A stretch of 64,000 nucleotides of DNA from an uncultured Spirochaetota bacterium (GTDB lineage Bacteria; Spirochaetota; Spirochaetia; SZUA-6; Fen-1364): assembly GCA_963845535.1 (NCBI GenBank), contig CAWJSK010000004.1:160001-224000 (forward strand), written 5' to 3'. Below, piece after piece: positions 59,913 to 64,000 of the stretch. A model generated the notes under the pieces. It did not search any database and was not told the DNA's origin. It worked only from the letters and a program-made list of their open reading frames with translations. Each line of letters begins with the position of its first letter. Within the stretch, counting starts at the first letter, position 1. The position numbers and the translations under genes were made by a program.

Positions 59913-62339
59913 TCAGGCAATCAGCTTTTCTTGCGCATGCTCCCTGCGGGGAGCAAGGCCTACGGCAAGCGCCTCATCTATCCTGTCCACCAGCACGAAC
60001 TGCATTCTCGTGCGCACGTCCTCCGGCAGGTCTTCGAGGTCCCGTTCGTTGCGTTTCGGCAGGATCACCGTGGTGAGGCCCGCCCGGTGCGCGGCAAGCA
60101 CCTTCATCTTGACCCCGCCGATGGGCAGGACGCGCCCGCGCAGCGTCACCTCGCCCGTCATCCCGATATCCCCCCGCACCGGCTTGCCGGTGAAAAGGCT
60201 GGCAATTGCCATCACCATGGCAACGCCTGCCGAGGGACCGTCCTTGGGGGTGGCTCCCGCGGGAACGTGGACGTGCACGTCCAACTGGGCAAAAGAATCC
60301 GCGTCGACGCCGAGCTCCGCGGCTTTCGAACGAACGTAGCTGTGGGCAATTCGGGCGCTTTCCCGCATCACGTCGCCAAGCTGCCCCGTCAGGGTGAAGT
60401 CCCCTTTACCCTTCATCCGCGTTGCCTCGATGAAAAGGATGTCTCCGCCAACCGGCGTAACCGCCAGCCCCGTTGCTATGCCGGGGATCTCGATGGTCTC
60501 CGACGTCTCGGAATCGAACTTTTCCTTTTTCAAGTACTCGCGAACCACCTCTGGGGTGATTTCCACCGCGGCTGAATCCCCAGAGGCGATCTTTGTCACG
60601 CTCTTCCTGCAAATGGCGCCGATCTGGCGCTCCAGCGTCCGCACCCCAGCCTCCCGCGTGTAGTCCTGCACGATCTTGCGCAGCGCTTCCTCGCTGAAGA
60701 CCACTTCGCCGTCGCGCAGTCCGTTGGCGGCAACCTGCCGCTTCACAAGATGCTCCTGGGCGATCTTCACCTTCTCATGCTCGGTGTAGCCGTCCAGCGG
60801 GATGATTTCCATGCGGTCCCGCAGAGGCGCCGGGATGGGCTCAAGCTGGTTGGCCGTCGTGACGAACATCACGTCGCTCAGGTCGAAATCAACGTTGAGG
60901 TAGTGGTCACGGAAGGTCCCGTTCTGCGCGGGATCAAGCACTTCCAGCAGCGCGCTGGAGGGGTCGCCTCGCCAGTCGCTTCCCACCTTGTCGATCTCAT
61001 CCAGCATGAACACAGGGTTGCGGGTGCCCGCCCTCTTGATGGCCTGCATGATCCTGCCGGGCATGGAGCCGATGTAGGTCCGCCTGTGCCCGCGGACCTC
61101 CGCCTCGTCTCGCATTCCTCCCAGGCTCATGCGGGTGAACTTCCGCCCAAGGGCACGGGCGATGCTCTGCCCCAGGGATGTTTTTCCCACGCCCGGGGGC
61201 CCGACGAAGCACAGGATGGCGCCCATGGCGCGCCCGGTCCTGTCGTCCCCTCCCTTGTCCTTCATGATCCCGCGCTCCTTGAAAAGCTTGCGGACCGCCA
61301 GGAACTCGATGATGCGGTCCTTGACTTCCTGGAGATCGTAGTGGTCCTCATCCAGCACTTTCCGCGCGTTGGCAATATCCAACTGATCCTCGCTTGCCGT
61401 GGTCCAGGGGATCTCCACCATCCAGTCCAGGTACGTCTTGATCATGGAGTACTCGGCCGCCTGCTGGGGCATGCTGGAGAGCCTCTTCAGCTCTCGCTGG
61501 GCTTCCTTCTTCGCCTCCTCGGGCATTCCGGACTTCTCGATCTTCTGCGTGTATTCGGAAACGATGGACTGGTTCTCATCCAGATCCCCCAGCTCCTTCT
61601 GAATGGCTTTCAACTGCTGGCGCAGGATGTACTCTCTCTGCTCCTTCTCCATCTCCTCCTTCGCCTCCGTGCGGATCTTCTGGCCGAGGCTCAGCACCTC
61701 TTTCTGGTGGGCGAGGTGGGCGATGATTGCGCGCAGCTTGTCCTTCACCGAGTCCATTTCCAGTATGCTTTGCGCTTCCGGAGCTTCCATCTGCGCGTTT
61801 CCGGCAACGAGGTAGACGAGGTAGCGCGGATCAGAAACGGAATTGAGCACGTTTGCCGCTTCACGGGGGATGGTGGGGGAAAGGTCGATCACCTCCTGCG
61901 CAATGGTCCTGAGGCCTTGCACCAATCCCTCCTGCTCCAGGTCCGATACTCCCTGCTCAGGCGCTGATTCGACACGGGCCTTCATATACGGCTCGGGTGC
62001 AAGCCAGTGGGTCACCCGGATGCGCTCCAGGCCTTGCACCACCACTTGCATGGTGCCGTCCTGCGCGCGCACGACGCGCAGGATCTTGCCCGCGGTCCCG
62101 ATGGAATGCACCTGCCCGGGAGCGGGCTCCTCGATGGAGGGGTCTTTCGACGCCACCATCCCGATCATGCTGTTGCCTTGCAAGGCATCCTCGATGAGCT
62201 TGACGGAACGGGGGATGCCCACGGCCAGCGGTATCATCACGTACGGAAAGGGCACTGTATTGCGGAGGGGCAGGATGGGAAGCTCCTTCGGCAAGCTTTC
62301 AGGTTTTTCTGAGTTTTTCTGTCGAAACGGGTTTGTCAT
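59913..62339 (-). CDS. lon: ATP-dependent Lon protease
   Basis: LPILPLR, GPPGVGKTS, GHRRTYIG, LDEIDK, PKDGPSAG, IGGVKMK. Confidence 0.97.
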   Translation of the reverse strand: MTNPFRQKNSEKPESLPKELPILPLRNTVPFPYVMIPLAVGIPRSVKLIEDALQGNSMIGMVASKDPSIEEPAPGQVHSIGTAGKILRVVRAQDGTMQVVVQGLERIRVTHWLAPEPYMKARVESAPEQGVSDLEQEGLVQGLRTIAQEVIDLSPTIPREAANVLNSVSDPRYLVYLVAGNAQMEAPEAQSILEMDSVKDKLRAIIAHLAHQKEVLSLGQKIRTEAKEEMEKEQREYILRQQLKAIQKELGDLDENQSIVSEYTQKIEKSGMPEEAKKEAQRELKRLSSMPQQAAEYSMIKTYLDWMVEIPWTTASEDQLDIANARKVLDEDHYDLQEVKDRIIEFLAVRKLFKERGIMKDKGGDDRTGRAMGAILCFVGPPGVGKTSLGQSIARALGRKFTRMSLGGMRDEAEVRGHRRTYIGSMPGRIMQAIKRAGTRNPVFMLDEIDKVGSDWRGDPSSALLEVLDPAQNGTFRDHYLNVDFDLSDVMFVTTANQLEPIPAPLRDRMEIIPLDGYTEHEKVKIAQEHLVKRQVAANGLRDGEVVFSEEALRKIVQDYTREAGVRTLERQIGAICRKSVTKIASGDSAAVEITPEVVREYLKKEKFDSETSETIEIPGIATGLAVTPVGGDILFIEATRMKGKGDFTLTGQLGDVMRESARIAHSYVRSKAAELGVDADSFAQLDVHVHVPAGATPKDGPSAGVAMVMAIASLFTGKPVRGDIGMTGEVTLRGRVLPIGGVKMKVLAAHRAGLTTVILPKRNERDLEDLPEDVRTRMQFVLVDRIDEALAVGLAPRREHAQEKLIA

Positions 62340-62415
62340 GGGAAAAAGATACTAACACGCCCCCCCAACGCAAAACTGGCCGAAAAGGGAGTGGCCCCAA
62401 GGCGCCGGTCCGGCG

Positions 62416-63234
62416 CTACTGCAAGAACACGGCGTCTTTGAACGGCGCGAGGTATTTTGCGGACATCACGGTGAGGGGCTTTGCCGCGAGGGCGATTTTC
62501 TCGGACAAGAGCGCGAGCACGTCCGAGAGCTTTTCGTGAGCAGCGTCACGATGGCGGGAGGCAAGCCGGTAGAAGGTCACGCCTTGCTCGATGTAGTCCT
62601 CCCTGCTTCGCCGCAGGGCCATGCGGAGGCCGGCGTTGAGAAGCGCAAGAGGCGCCTCCGGCGGGCTTTTCGGGGGTGAGAAGATCCCGAGGGTGAACAG
62701 GCAGATGTCGGCAATCCTTTTGTATGCGGGGAACCTCTGCGACTCCTCCAGCGCATTTCCGTAGCGCACGAGGCTGTCGATGTCGAAATCGCTGAAGCGC
62801 ACCCGCCGCCACACCCCGCTTCGCACGCGCACCGTGGTGGAGAAGCTGTTGACGCGCACGAAGGACACGAGGAGGGCCGCCAGGTAGTCCCGCACTTCCG
62901 TGTTGGCAAGCAGCTCCACCACCTGCGGCGAGTCGAAGAGGATCATCGAGAGGCGGCTCGTCTTCTCCAGCGTCCAGGGCTGGCGCTCCAGGTCCAGCCT
63001 GACGCGCGCCAGAAGGACGCTGAAAAAGAGCGCCGGAGATACGCGGAGGAGATTGAACTGGGGTTCATCGAGAAGCTTGTGCAGCACCTTCTCATCCGCG
63101 AGCATCCCCTGGAGGATCTCCTCGTCCTCCCTCAGGACGCGGATCATCCTCTGGTGGTCCGTGGCATCAGGCATTAACGTGGTTATGAGGAACACGAGGT
63201 CGTCATCGGAAAAGCTCAGTCGGGATTTTTTCAA
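62416..63234 (-). CDS. Conserved-looking hypothetical protein
   Basis: About 272-aa ORF, TTG start after a G-run, motif KRIADICLF.LGIF; start may be 63267. Confidence 0.7.
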   Translation of the reverse strand: MKKSRLSFSDDDLVFLITTLMPDATDHQRMIRVLREDEEILQGMLADEKVLHKLLDEPQFNLLRVSPALFFSVLLARVRLDLERQPWTLEKTSRLSMILFDSPQVVELLANTEVRDYLAALLVSFVRVNSFSTTVRVRSGVWRRVRFSDFDIDSLVRYGNALEESQRFPAYKRIADICLFTLGIFSPPKSPPEAPLALLNAGLRMALRRSREDYIEQGVTFYRLASRHRDAAHEKLSDVLALLSEKIALAAKPLTVMSAKYLAPFKDAVFLQ

Positions 63235-63286
63235 CGCCAGCCCCCCTGCGTCTAGAAATATATACATTTTTCTATGCTGTTTTCAG

Positions 63287-64000
63287 CTACACCTCAATGC
63301 TCGCGCGCTCCCGCGCGAGGGAAACGACCATTCTGGTCTTTCCCCGGATCTGGTCCATGAGGTTGCAGTACAGTTTCTCCAGCTTCTCATCTCCGCGCTC
63401 GGGATCATGGTGGAAGAAGACGAGGTGCTTCACTTTTGCCCTGTTTGCTGACCTGATTGCCCATTCGAAAGAGCTGTGCCCCCAGCCCTTCTTGTCCTTG
63501 AGGTACTCCGCGTTCGTGTATTGCGTGTCATGGACCAGGAGGTCCGCCCCCGCAAAGAAGGCCTCGATCTTGTCGTTCTCTTCCTTTGCCGCGAGCGCTC
63601 CCTCCCGGACGGCATTCTCGTCATAACTGGGGTCATCCTTGCTCACGTCGAAGATGTTGCTGAACGGCTCATGGTCGTATGCGGTGCAGAAGATCTTGCC
63701 CTGGTATTCGAACTTGTAGCCGAGCACCGTGATGGGGTGATTGAGGTACTTTGTGGTGAGCTTGATTCCGTCCCCGAGGTCTATCTCCTGTTCCTTGAGG
63801 CGTTCATAGTGGATGTTCGCCTCAAGCTGCCCCATGTTCACGGGGAAGTACTTGTACTGGAGCTGGCCGCCCACCACCGAGTCCAGGCTGTCCTCCTCGA
63901 AGCTCACGGGGCCGTACACGTCCAGTTTCGTGTTCTTGATGTAGATGGGCGTGAAGAACGGAAAGCCCATGATGTGGTCCCAGTGCGTGTGGGTCAGGAA
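63287..64000 (-). CDS. MBL-fold metallo-hydrolase, 5'-truncated by the window edge
   Basis: THTHWDH, NHP, DHE, HDTQY, WGHS, FHHDP. Confidence 0.9.
   Translation of the reverse strand, partial: FLTHTHWDHIMGFPFFTPIYIKNTKLDVYGPVSFEEDSLDSVVGGQLQYKYFPVNMGQLEANIHYERLKEQEIDLGDGIKLTTKYLNHPITVLGYKFEYQGKIFCTAYDHEPFSNIFDVSKDDPSYDENAVREGALAAKEENDKIEAFFAGADLLVHDTQYTNAEYLKDKKGWGHSSFEWAIRSANRAKVKHLVFFHHDPERGDEKLEKLYCNLMDQIRGKTRMVVSLARERASIEV

Overview
This window is a GC-rich, replication-origin-proximal chromosome segment, most likely from a member of the Spirochaetota. The assignment is an inference from tRNA-Arg(GCG), the L34 C-terminal extension, the spirochaete-type GAPDH and the lipoproteins. The core is a bipartite oriC flanking dnaA, with gyrB-gyrA diverging leftwards and dnaN-recF-dciA-rpmH-rnpA-yidD-yidC-jag running rightwards, plus parAB and two tandem parS sites. 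It also carries a tRNA-Ser x4/tRNA-Arg/SRP RNA/dnaX-ybaB-recR operon, a gatC-gatA-gatB-aspS transamidation operon, a one-carbon/purine cluster (split purH, archaeal-type glyA, acsE-like, folD), class III RNR, purA, gap, dcd, pncB and lon. I found no mobile element or CRISPR array. The most notable signals are: (1) arrays of CsrB/RsmZ-like A(N)GGA-loop hairpins in the tRNA spacers (antisense to the tRNAs) and directly after dnaA; (2) GatB fused to an asparaginase/GatD-like domain; (3) a CNNM/CorB-type transporter fused to a PTS EIIA domain; (4) a PadR/HAAS/acyltransferase module with a perfect operator palindrome; (5) a candidate sRNA between gatC and a glycoside hydrolase gene; (6) several apparently leaderless genes. 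Three +1 frameshifts (gatB, yidC, neuB-like) are probably sequencing errors. All calls come from reading motifs by eye; no database search was run.
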